DNA of 64,000 nucleotides, from positions 236,468-300,467 of the forward strand of contig JAGSHD010000001.1 in assembly GCA_023954715.1 (NCBI GenBank). The letters are read 5' to 3'. This stretch comes from Candidatus Cloacimonadota bacterium. GTDB lineage: Bacteria; Muiribacteriota; UBA6191. Below are positions 39,721 to 48,404 of this stretch, in pieces (the first letter of the stretch is position 1; every line of letters begins with the position of its first letter). A model generated the notes under the pieces. That model worked only from the letters and a program-made list of their open reading frames with translations. It was not told the origin of the DNA and made no database searches. The translations under genes were made by a program, and so were the position numbers.

Positions 39721-39882
39721 CTTAAGAAGCTCCCCACATGAATTGTGACAGTTTATAGCGTTCAAACATACAAACCAGCTAATAAATACTTCAATTATTT
39801 ATCGCTTCGGCGGCAATTCCGTTATCACTGGTCCTTGGATATTGAGATCCTAACAGTGACTATCTAATTGTCGCTCCTCTTC
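39721..39882 (-). ncRNA. lysine riboswitch (L-box) in the lysC leader
   Basis: Minus-strand sequence AAGAGGAGCGAC...TTGCCGCCGAAGCGATAAATAA...TATTAGCTGG...CTGTCACAATTCATGTGGGGAGCTTCTT matches B. subtilis lysC L-box blocks (AGAGGTGCGAAC / GTCGCCGAAGCAAATAAAAC / TATTTGCTGG / CTGTCAAG...TGGAGGGCT). It is followed by CTTTCCTCCTC...GAGGAAAG, which could pair to sequester the RBS. Confidence 0.7.
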
Positions 39883-40323
39883 TTTGTTTTGACTGGATAG
39901 TAAGACATACTCCGTAAGTAAGCCTCCCTAACCATTCAATTCATATACATATTACTTGATTTTTTCAAAATTGCAAGGGTCAGTATAAAATCCTTACTAT
40001 AAGAGTTCAGTTCCTTACTACCTAAAACCAAAATCAAAGCTTAAAACTTTGTAACTATTCAGCTATAATTTTTCATTTTATTCACAAAGGCTGATTACCC
40101 ATAGGTTTTTGATCTTTGTTATATTTTGTATTTACAGCTTTTGAAGTGTAGTGAACTACTCGAAAAAAAACTTTAGATACAAAGGATGATGATGAGCTAA
40201 ACCGCATCAATAAAGCTAAAAATGCGAAAAGCTTGTATGCTCCTCGCATTTTATCAAAGAGATCACCTGAATAATTACAAAACTTTTTTATATGATTAGA
40301 GTGGATTAAATCTACTGTTAGCT

Positions 40324-41394
40324 TTATTCAAGGACAATCTTAGTTTTTGAAGCTATATATTGATCTATAATATCAGTAAAACGCTTAGAGTCATTAATTT
40401 TTAAATCTAATCTTGAAGTCAAAACTTGATTACTCTCACTTTTAAACTTAGGTCTATCTTTCTCAGTAATCAATAGATAATCAATCTCGTTTTTCTCAAC
40501 ATATTCTTGAATCTGATTTTTATCCTCAGCGGTGTATAAATGATGGTCAGGAAAATCAAAACTATGGACTAACTCTATTCCTAGTGCTTCTATACTATTT
40601 TTAAAAGACTCTGGATGAGCAATACTACAAACTGAAATACACTTCATTTTTTTCAGCTCAGAAATCCTAATCAGCTCTCCTGATTTATCCTCAAAACTCA
40701 TGATCTTTTGAAAAGCAAAAAATAGATTTGTAGTCCCTAAATAGTCTTCATAATACTCTTGAGAGTGCTCAGGAGAGTAAACAATAACAATGGAAGCTCG
40801 TTTTAACTCTTCAATGTCTTCTCTTAATGGGCCATGCGGAAATCTCTCTTTGTTTCCAAACAAATATTTACCATGTACCAAAATGATTTGAAAGTCTTTT
40901 TTTAATCTCCAATACTGCAATGCATCATCTAAAATATAAACTTGTCTATACACTGACTTAGAATACTTGTGGATCAATAATCCTCTTTGCTTACCAACAG
41001 ATAAACGCGCATCAGGAAGACGTGAAATATAGGATTCAACTTCATCCCCAAAAAAGCCTGGTTTATCCCATTGTCCATCGTAGTGAGCAAACTGACCATG
41101 ATAATCTGAGCCATAACCTCTAGAAACAATATGGCAATTAAACTCTAGGCTTTGAAGATACTCCGCTATATACATTGTTAATGGAGTTTTACCAGATCCA
41201 CCTACAGTTAAATTACCTATGGTTATAACAGGATCATCAACAATTATTTGCTTAAAGGTCCATCTTTCAAAAAAGCCCCTTTTTAGATAACTGCCAATCC
41301 TGTACAATAAACTCAAGGGCCAACAAATTAAACTAAGTAGAAAAGATTTTTCATGATAAGCATGTTGCTTCCAAATAGTTTCCAGATTATTCAT
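40324..41394 (-). CDS. lpxK: tetraacyldisaccharide 4'-kinase
   Basis: P-loop GNLTVGGSGKTP and conserved LpxK N-terminal membrane anchor. 356 aa. Confidence 0.8.
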   Translation of the reverse strand: MNNLETIWKQHAYHEKSFLLSLICWPLSLLYRIGSYLKRGFFERWTFKQIIVDDPVITIGNLTVGGSGKTPLTMYIAEYLQSLEFNCHIVSRGYGSDYHGQFAHYDGQWDKPGFFGDEVESYISRLPDARLSVGKQRGLLIHKYSKSVYRQVYILDDALQYWRLKKDFQIILVHGKYLFGNKERFPHGPLREDIEELKRASIVIVYSPEHSQEYYEDYLGTTNLFFAFQKIMSFEDKSGELIRISELKKMKCISVCSIAHPESFKNSIEALGIELVHSFDFPDHHLYTAEDKNQIQEYVEKNEIDYLLITEKDRPKFKSESNQVLTSRLDLKINDSKRFTDIIDQYIASKTKIVLE

Positions 41395-41409
41395 AAACTT
41401 TTATCTTGT

Positions 41410-42090
41410 ATGATGGTTTTTACAATATTTAATGGTTCACTTGTATTTTCATGTGACCCCATATTAGAGTCATTAATTTTGTCTAAAAGCTCTATTAACT
41501 CTATAGACATGTTGTTTCGAGAGTTTAGCACAAAATTAGGTCAATTAGGTAGAGAGGCTCGAAACAGTAAAATTGATATGGATACTTTAGTAAACACTAA
41601 ATTAGTCTGGTTAAAGGTCTATGAAAAGTATTATTTGTATCCACCAGATACCATCAATCATAAACATTGGACTCAGTCGATTGATAAGATAGCTAAACTG
41701 ATAAAATCGATTAGTTTAGGTGCCTCAACTTCAGACTTCGAAACTACTCATACTGATATCTTAAAAATTCAAACAACATTGGTCTCCATTTATGATGGAT
41801 CACAAAACAAAAGCTTTTTCGCTAAAAGTAAAATGATTCAACACCTCTTTCATCTACACAAAAAGTCTAAACTTGAAGAGTTAGAAGAGGATGCCAAATT
41901 GATAAAAGATAGACTCCACATAGAGTGGAATGAGCTAGTTAACTATTTTTCTACCAAGGACAAAATACTCTTAAATTTAGATACAAAGTTTTCTAAATTG
42001 CAAAATATGGGCCTTGATGAATATAACGTGCAAAAAGAAACAATCTTTAAACAACTAGACGAAATGTATTGGAACTCACAAGATCAATAA
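41410..42090 (+). CDS. hypothetical protein (start moved to Met 41410 to avoid antisense overlap with lpxK)
   Basis: Clean ORF with a signal-like N-terminus MMVFTIFNGSLVFS. No known domain. Confidence 0.4.
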   Translation: MMVFTIFNGSLVFSCDPILESLILSKSSINSIDMLFREFSTKLGQLGREARNSKIDMDTLVNTKLVWLKVYEKYYLYPPDTINHKHWTQSIDKIAKLIKSISLGASTSDFETTHTDILKIQTTLVSIYDGSQNKSFFAKSKMIQHLFHLHKKSKLEELEEDAKLIKDRLHIEWNELVNYFSTKDKILLNLDTKFSKLQNMGLDEYNVQKETIFKQLDEMYWNSQDQ

Positions 42091-42187
42091 ATCTTATGTG
42101 GCAAAAGTCCAGTCTCCCCTTGCATTGAAACAAATAAATACGGTAAACTTTGTTTACTCAACCCTAGTCCTCATAAAAAGGAAACCC

Positions 42188-42436
42188 ATGAAACAACTCT
42201 ATACTTTCGGAAGCCAAAAAACAACTTGTAAAAATTGTCGAAAAGCAGAAGCCCTTATCGAAGAAATAATTCAAGGACGCGAACAAGATTTTGATTACAG
42301 AAAACTCCATTTAGATTCAAAAGAAGCCGAAGAATTAGGTGTACTATGTACTCCAACGATCCTCTTAGACGGAAACATTATCGCTTTGGGAGAGATTCCG
42401 AGTAAGGAGAGTTTAAAACATGTCCTCTTATCCTAA
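42188..42436 (+). CDS. thioredoxin-fold (glutaredoxin-like) small redox protein
   Basis: AAGGAA RBS before the ATG at 42188. CxxC motif TCKNC in MKQLYTFGSQKTTCKNCRKAEALIEE. ~83 aa. Confidence 0.5.
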   Translation: MKQLYTFGSQKTTCKNCRKAEALIEEIIQGREQDFDYRKLHLDSKEAEELGVLCTPTILLDGNIIALGEIPSKESLKHVLLS

Positions 42437-42695
42437 AAAACAATGGAGCCTTGGAGCAAAGTCTCTAAAGTCCAAACTTCTCAAGGAGTTTGATGAAGTT
42501 TTCACTCAATCTTGCGAAGATTTTATCGAACTAGAAAATAGGTCCACAGTTAACGAAGAAGATTTAAAAATCAGTCTTTTAGACTTACTCAAAAAGATGG
42601 CTGAACAACACATCACATTACCTTCAGCTAAATTTACTGAGCGAGAGTTTTTAAACAGTTTAAAAGTAGTACACAAGTTAGTAAAAAAGGGATAA
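42420..42695 (+). CDS. hypothetical protein (91 aa)
   Basis: ORF overlapping the previous stop, which suggests an operon. No domain. Confidence 0.35.
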   Translation: MSSYPKKQWSLGAKSLKSKLLKEFDEVFTQSCEDFIELENRSTVNEEDLKISLLDLLKKMAEQHITLPSAKFTEREFLNSLKVVHKLVKKG

Positions 42696-42720
42696 ACCAT
42701 CTCAAATAAAAGGATATACA

Positions 42721-42954
42721 ATGCAACAAATGTTTAAAGGAACCCTTCTTGGAGTAGCAATTACAGTAATTTTTAGTTTTGTTATCAACCATACCAGTCA
42801 TGCAGAATGGTTTAACTCAAGTGCACCCTACTCAGACTCTGGTAACTTAAAAGCCATGCGGCAGAGTATGGATGAAATCAATGATAAACTAGAGAGATTG
42901 ATTGCAGTTCAAAAAGAACTTGTCACTGCCACTAGAGAGCAAAAAGACAACTAA
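42721..42954 (+). CDS. small exported protein (77 aa)
   Basis: Signal peptide MQQMFKGTLLGVAITVIFSFVINHTSHA, then a coiled coil. Followed by a strong terminator. Confidence 0.4.
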   Translation: MQQMFKGTLLGVAITVIFSFVINHTSHAEWFNSSAPYSDSGNLKAMRQSMDEINDKLERLIAVQKELVTATREQKDN

Positions 42955-42968
42955 CAAAGTTTTTGGAC

Positions 42969-43001
42969 AAAAAAAAGAGGCCTTTCGGCCTCTTTTTTTT
43001 T
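42969..43001. terminator. bidirectional rho-independent terminator
   Basis: aaaaaaAGAGGCCtttcGGCCTCTttttttttt between the convergent genes 42721..42954(+) and 43013..43600(-). Confidence 0.85.
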
Positions 43002-43012
43002 ATCTCATCAAA

Positions 43013-43600
43013 TTAATCTAATTTTGAGAAATACTCTTTTGATCCTTCTGGATCTGGTTTCATTGTATCAGCACCCTTTACCCAGTTAGCTGGACAAACT
43101 TCTCCATGCTCATCAGTAAATTGGAAAGCTTCTAATACTCTTAAAGCTTCATCAACGTTTCTTCCAACAGGTAGATCATTGATAGTTGAATGTCGGATAA
43201 CTCCACTAGGATCGATTAAAAATAATCCTCTAAGTGCGATTCCTGCATCTAACAATACACCGTAATCTCTAGCGATTGATTTGTCTAAATCAGCTACCAA
43301 TGGAAAGTTAATTCCACCCAATCCACCATCTTTTCTAGCTGTATTTACCCATGCCAAGTGAGTAAAGTGAGAATCAACTGAAACACCAATTAATTGAGCG
43401 TTAGCATCAGTGAAGTCTTTTGCTCTTTCAGAGAATGCGATAATTTCTGTTGGGCAAACAAAAGTAAAATCCAATGGGTAGAAAAATAAGATTTTCCATT
43501 TACCATCATAATCATTTAAACCGATTTCTTTGATTTGACCATCAACAACTGCTTGTGCTCTAAACTCAGGTGCTTGTGAAGTAACTTGTGGCATTGCCAT
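43013..43600 (-). CDS. typical 2-Cys peroxiredoxin (AhpC/Tsa/Prx1 family)
   Basis: Peroxidatic Cys motif FTFVCPTEI, a resolving Cys near the C-terminus (GEVCPANW), and high overall AhpC-like conservation. Confidence 0.85.
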   Translation of the reverse strand: MAMPQVTSQAPEFRAQAVVDGQIKEIGLNDYDGKWKILFFYPLDFTFVCPTEIIAFSERAKDFTDANAQLIGVSVDSHFTHLAWVNTARKDGGLGGINFPLVADLDKSIARDYGVLLDAGIALRGLFLIDPSGVIRHSTINDLPVGRNVDEALRVLEAFQFTDEHGEVCPANWVKGADTMKPDPEGSKEYFSKLD

Positions 43601-43645
43601 CTCCTTATTTTAATTTAACGTCTCCAGTATTTTTACCTTTGACTA

Positions 43646-43665
43646 GTAATAATATGTAATAATAT
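43646..43665. promoter_or_regulatory. tandem direct repeat GTAATAATAT x2 in the peroxiredoxin promoter region
   Basis: Two exact adjacent 10-mers at 43646..43655 and 43656..43665, ~45 bp upstream of the peroxiredoxin start. Confidence 0.3.
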
Positions 43666-43764
43666 ATCTTACAATATCAACTAAAAATCTAACAAAATAG
43701 CTAGTTATTGTTAAGAGTTATTTAAAATAACTCCTTCAGTGCAAGATGAGATACATATTATATG

Positions 43765-43786
43765 CTATTGATTCAATTATCAATAG
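43765..43786. promoter_or_regulatory. perfect 8-6-8 inverted repeat CTATTGAT-tcaatt-ATCAATAG (candidate operator) in the divergent peroxiredoxin/kamA intergenic region
   Basis: Read directly from the sequence. 165 bp from the peroxiredoxin start and 213 bp from the kamA start. Confidence 0.4.
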
Positions 43787-43998
43787 TAATTATAATTTAA
43801 TTTACTTTCTATAGTTAGAATAGTTCTACTTTCTTCCAAAAGCACACTATCTCTTGTAAAAAAATCTGTTTTTCTGTATAAAAGTTAGACACAAACACGA
43901 TTTATATAGGATCTTGATCGACACAATCAATATTTTATAAATAATCACCCTCTTATCATGTAGAGTCACATCAAACAACTCTACGCTATAATAATATT

Positions 43999-45189
43999 TT
44001 GCTAAACGGAGATTATGATTATATGAAAAAAGAAACAGAAAACTCAGCACAAGTAGGCCGACTAAAATTTGAATCACATCACAGAAACATCTGGGATGAA
44101 ACGCCAGAAGAAGACTGGAACAACTGGATGTGGCAACAAAGTAAACGAGTTAAGACTATTCAAGCATGTGAAAAAGTTATCAACCTTTCAGAAGGTGAAA
44201 TAAAAGCATTTAAAGAGTCATCCGATAAATTTAATGTAGGGATCACTCCTTATTATGCAAGTTTAATGGATAAAGATGATGCTAACTGTCCAATTAGACA
44301 ACAATCTGTGCCACAAGTTGGAGAGCTATTAACTTTACCAGAAGATTTAGCAGATCCACTAAACGAAGAAGGAGATATGCCAACTCCTTGTATTACTCAC
44401 AGATACCCTGATCGAGTATTATTTTATGTAACTCATAACTGCCCTGTTTATTGTAGACACTGTACTAGAAAAAGAAAAGTAGCTGATCCTAGTTCAGCAA
44501 CTATGAACAAGCAGCTTGAAGATGCTTTTCAATATATTGAGTCCCACCCTGAAATTAGAGATATTGTTATTTCTGGTGGGGATCCACTTAGTTTAAGTGA
44601 CAAAAAATTGGATATGATCCTTACTCGATTACGATCTATACCTCATATTGAAATGTTTAGATTAGGTACTAGAAACTTAGTAACTCTACCTCAAAGAGTA
44701 ACTGATGAATTTTGTGAAATGCTAAAAAAACATCAGCCTGTTTATGTAAACACTCACTTTAACCATCCAAAGGAGTGTACTTATGAAGCTTATATTGCTT
44801 GTAAGAAGCTTGCTGATGCAGGATGTGTTATTGGTAATCAATCTGTGTTACTAAAGGGTGTAAACGATGACCCTGAAGTAATGAAAGAGCTTTCTCATAA
44901 ACTATTGGCCATGAGAGTTCGTCCTTATTATATTTACCAATGTGATCTTTCTGAAGGAATTTCTCACTTTCGAACCACAATTGAAGATGGTATTAATATT
45001 ATCGAGCACTTGAGAGGTCATACTTCTGGTTTGGCTAACCCTACTTTTGTTGTAGATGCTCCTGGTGGTGGTGGTAAAATCCCTCTACTACCTGAGTACC
45101 TAGTCAAAAAAGAAGGTAGAGAGTACACCCTAAGAAACTACGAAAATAAAGAGTTTGTTTACGTAGAACCAGAAAACAACAAAAACTAA
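43999..45189 (+). CDS. kamA: L-lysine 2,3-aminomutase (radical SAM, KamA family)
   Basis: CPVYCRHCTRKR (CX3CX2C) and end-to-end similarity to Clostridium KamA (ITPYY, THRYPDRVL, GGDPL, PHIEMFRLGTR, VRPYYIYQCDLS, HLRGHTSG, FVVDAPGGGGK). Confidence 0.85.
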   Translation: MLNGDYDYMKKETENSAQVGRLKFESHHRNIWDETPEEDWNNWMWQQSKRVKTIQACEKVINLSEGEIKAFKESSDKFNVGITPYYASLMDKDDANCPIRQQSVPQVGELLTLPEDLADPLNEEGDMPTPCITHRYPDRVLFYVTHNCPVYCRHCTRKRKVADPSSATMNKQLEDAFQYIESHPEIRDIVISGGDPLSLSDKKLDMILTRLRSIPHIEMFRLGTRNLVTLPQRVTDEFCEMLKKHQPVYVNTHFNHPKECTYEAYIACKKLADAGCVIGNQSVLLKGVNDDPEVMKELSHKLLAMRVRPYYIYQCDLSEGISHFRTTIEDGINIIEHLRGHTSGLANPTFVVDAPGGGGKIPLLPEYLVKKEGREYTLRNYENKEFVYVEPENNKN

Positions 45190-45261
45190 AAGTCCTGTCT
45201 TGTCTAATTTATTAAATTAATTGGACAAGACACTTTACTTTTATACCCTTTTTTAAAAGCA

Positions 45262-45963
45262 ATGAAAAAAAAATATCTTATCATCGCCCCAACTCCATGG
45301 GAGCTTCAAGCTATCTTAGATGTCTTTAAACCCTATATGAGTTTAAAAAAACATCCATTTACAATTCATTTATGTAGACATGATCATGTGGAAGTAAATA
45401 TCTATGCTAGTGGTATGGGAGTAGCTTCTACAGCATTTGCTGTGGGTTATGCCATGCAAAATTTTCATGTTTCAGAATTAGTATTAATGGGATTTGGTGG
45501 CATTACAAAAGATAGAAGTAATCTACTTGGAAAAATGACTATCGCGGCATCAGATAGGTACTTAAAATTTGGTGCTAAATCTCACAACGGATTTGAAGAC
45601 TTAAGTATTAAATATGATCTCTTATGTGATCACAATAACAAGCCTCCTTTTACATTTCATTCTCATCCTTGGATGCATGATATGTACGAGTCTCTTCATT
45701 ATGGTACTTGCGATGAACTTAGTAGCTCAGAGCCCGATTTAGACTTTTTAAGTAAAGTCTATCCAGATGTTTCTGTTGAAAATATGGAAGGTGCAGCCTG
45801 TGCACAAATTGCAAACCTATATAATATTCCATGTATACAAGCTAGAGCCATTACTAATATGGTAGCTAATCGAGATACAAAATCTTGGTTGATGGAGCAA
45901 GCTAAAGCTGAAATCTCCAATTTTTCAAAGCATTTACTATCGTATTGGACTCAGCTGAAATAA
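45262..45963 (+). CDS. PNP/MTA-nucleosidase-superfamily hydrolase, probably futalosine hydrolase (MqnB-like)
   Basis: PNP_UDP_1-like pattern IYASGMGVASTAFAVGY...LMGFGG. Adjacent to, and overlapping, the MqnA/MqnD-family gene. Confidence 0.5.
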   Translation: MKKKYLIIAPTPWELQAILDVFKPYMSLKKHPFTIHLCRHDHVEVNIYASGMGVASTAFAVGYAMQNFHVSELVLMGFGGITKDRSNLLGKMTIAASDRYLKFGAKSHNGFEDLSIKYDLLCDHNNKPPFTFHSHPWMHDMYESLHYGTCDELSSSEPDLDFLSKVYPDVSVENMEGAACAQIANLYNIPCIQARAITNMVANRDTKSWLMEQAKAEISNFSKHLLSYWTQLK

Positions 45964-46736
45964 TGAAGCTTGCGATTTCTCCTTGTCCAAATGATACCTT
46001 CATTTTTTATGCTCTATTACACCAAAAAATTAAAATAGATTTTGATATTAATGTGCAGTATGAAGACATCGCCACATTAAATCAGTGGGCTATTGATCAA
46101 AAATTTGATTTTATTAAGTTAAGCTTTGGATGTTACCCATATATTAAAGATAACTATCACTATCTACAGTCAGGATCGGCATTAGGACATGGCTGTGGTC
46201 CTTTACTGTTAGCTAAGGGTGACAAGACGGTTTTCGATAATCAAAGTCGAGTGGATATTCCTGGTAAATATACTACGGCCAATTTATTGCTAAACCATTT
46301 CTATCCAAATTTGACAAATAAAACAGTCTGCCTATTTTCTGAAATTACCGAGCGGCTACTACAAAACAAAAGTGATCTAGGATTAGTTATTCATGAAACT
46401 CGTTTTACATATCACTTACAAAATTTAAACAAGATTGCCGACCTTGGACAGTTATGGGAAGAAAAGTATAACTTACCAATACCCCTTGGTGGAATATTCT
46501 ATAAAAAGTCCATATCTCAAGATATGGTCCTTGAAATGCAAACAGCAATAGAAAAAAGTATCGAGTACTCTTGGAACAATCAAGATGAAGTCCTTGAGTT
46601 TTGTCAGCAATATGCCCAAGAAATGGATAAAGATGTAATGCTTCAACATATAAAATTGTATGTTAATGAGTACTCTTTAAAACTTGGATCCTTAGGTAAT
46701 CAAGCAATCGAACACTTGTTTAACACAGCACCCTAA
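45963..46736 (+). CDS. menaquinone-via-futalosine protein, MqnA/MqnD family
   Basis: Family motif LAISPCPNDTF from the ATG at 45963, overlapping the upstream stop as TAATG. ~257 aa, typical for MqnA/MqnD. Confidence 0.6.
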   Translation: MKLAISPCPNDTFIFYALLHQKIKIDFDINVQYEDIATLNQWAIDQKFDFIKLSFGCYPYIKDNYHYLQSGSALGHGCGPLLLAKGDKTVFDNQSRVDIPGKYTTANLLLNHFYPNLTNKTVCLFSEITERLLQNKSDLGLVIHETRFTYHLQNLNKIADLGQLWEEKYNLPIPLGGIFYKKSISQDMVLEMQTAIEKSIEYSWNNQDEVLEFCQQYAQEMDKDVMLQHIKLYVNEYSLKLGSLGNQAIEHLFNTAP

Positions 46737-46744
46737 ACCAATAA

Positions 46745-48391
46745 TTACTCTAACTCTTGATCAAGCTCTTCAATTTTATCCTCAAACTCACTAGAGCTCG
46801 GATTTAAATTGAATACATTTTGCCCTTTTTCAATTTTAACTCTAAGAGATTGAAAATACTCTTTGAAATAATAGTTATCTACTAAATCAATTTTAAAGGG
46901 AGGACCAATACTAGACTCTTTTACACATCGAAAATTAGCCCGAGTCCATGGCATAGCAGTTACCTTACGCGATACCTTGCTTTTATAATCCGAGATACTC
47001 GAAGGCCCCTTAGTATATCTAAAAAGACCTTCAGCTATAGAAGGATTTTTAAAGCCTTCTTTATCTTTACTATAAGTACCTAAATAATCTTTCATCCATT
47101 CTGTAGTGTTTTCTTTGAATAAAATCCCAAAAGAGCCTCTTAACTCTCCTTTTTTATCATAATCATTAGAAAATCGATTTGCCTTGATCGACCTCTCCCA
47201 CTGGGCTTCTGTTGGTAAATCTTTTTGTATCGCTTCACAATACTCCCTAGCTTCGTCAAACGATAAACGTGCTGCTTGGGATGTGTTTTTTAACTCTTTT
47301 CTTGAAAATGGAATCAATAAATCAATGCTATTACTTTTGAAAATAGAGATCACTTCTTGAATAGTAACTAAATTTTTATCTATCTGATAAGCATCTAAAT
47401 AAGTTAAATTAGATTTATCTAAGCGAGCTTCGCTATTTGCTGAAAACAAAAACATACCGTAAGGAATATGAATCATCCCAGAAACACTAGAGATCATTGG
47501 CGTTGATACTAATTTTTGTCTTTTTTCAATCTCCATTAGCAGTAGTTTTTTCAAGTAAAGCTTTTGCTTTTCTTCATCTCTCTTTTTTTCACGAACTTTT
47601 ATATTTTTAACTACGCTCTTTTTTTTGATCTTTATAAAATCATTATTAGAAATATTATCCTTAAATGCCAATGCCTTTAAATCTTCAGGTGCCATTTGCT
47701 TTATTGAACTAATAACGATTTCATCAGAATGGGTTCTAGCACATCGAAAACCAACTGTTTTTAAAGTATTTTCATTAGGGGGTACTCCTTTAAATGAGCC
47801 AACCCGAATCTCATCAATGTCTGAAATATAACTTCCGCCATATACTTTCTTTAATTTTTTTCTTTTATCTGAAACCCAATCAAAAGTCCATTCAGCAGCA
47901 TTTCCAGCCAAGTTTAACACTCCATTTAAACTTGATAAGTCTTTAAACTCATGTACTTTTAAAGGAAATTTTGGCCGATAAGCTTGAGTTACAAAAGGAG
48001 CCTTTTCATAGGCTGGAAACTCATTACCAAACGGAAAACTCTGCACTTCTTGACCCTGAGAAGCATAAATATACTCTAGATAACTTGGTAATCTTTTGCC
48101 ATTATATCGACAATACAAGTTGGCTTCATACCAATCTATTCCGACTACAGCTTGATCATCTTGATTATAGCCATCTACATACATATAAGTGGGAGACTTA
48201 AATTTCGAAAGATTTAAAAATGTACTATAGTCTTTATTGCTAACTTCAAACTCATCTAAAAAAAATGCCTTAACAGCAACATGCTTACCTTGATTAAAAA
48301 CATTTCCTTGATCAAAAAAAATCTCTTCTGCATAAGATACTCTAAGCAAAAAAAAGGCTATCAGGATATTTAATATATAAGTAAGTTTCAT
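46745..48391 (-). CDS. exported protein with two tandem formylglycine-generating-enzyme (SUMF1/FGE-sulfatase) domains
   Basis: Signal peptide MKLTYILNILIAFFLLRVSYA. The two domains end with the characteristic ...TVGFRCAR and ...ANFRCVKE. WTFDW/EWM-like Trp motifs are present. Confidence 0.7.
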   Translation of the reverse strand: MKLTYILNILIAFFLLRVSYAEEIFFDQGNVFNQGKHVAVKAFFLDEFEVSNKDYSTFLNLSKFKSPTYMYVDGYNQDDQAVVGIDWYEANLYCRYNGKRLPSYLEYIYASQGQEVQSFPFGNEFPAYEKAPFVTQAYRPKFPLKVHEFKDLSSLNGVLNLAGNAAEWTFDWVSDKRKKLKKVYGGSYISDIDEIRVGSFKGVPPNENTLKTVGFRCARTHSDEIVISSIKQMAPEDLKALAFKDNISNNDFIKIKKKSVVKNIKVREKKRDEEKQKLYLKKLLLMEIEKRQKLVSTPMISSVSGMIHIPYGMFLFSANSEARLDKSNLTYLDAYQIDKNLVTIQEVISIFKSNSIDLLIPFSRKELKNTSQAARLSFDEAREYCEAIQKDLPTEAQWERSIKANRFSNDYDKKGELRGSFGILFKENTTEWMKDYLGTYSKDKEGFKNPSIAEGLFRYTKGPSSISDYKSKVSRKVTAMPWTRANFRCVKESSIGPPFKIDLVDNYYFKEYFQSLRVKIEKGQNVFNLNPSSSEFEDKIEELDQELE

Positions 48392-48404
48392 GAAAATGTT
48401 TATA

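Noticed and set aside
39737-39739. Annotating lysC from the GTG at 39737 as in the ORF track.
   Set aside because: That start and the following 27 codons overlap the conserved L-box aptamer. The canonical aspartokinase N-terminus (IVCKFGGTSV) begins right after a TTG preceded by GAGGAAAG at complement(39654..39656).
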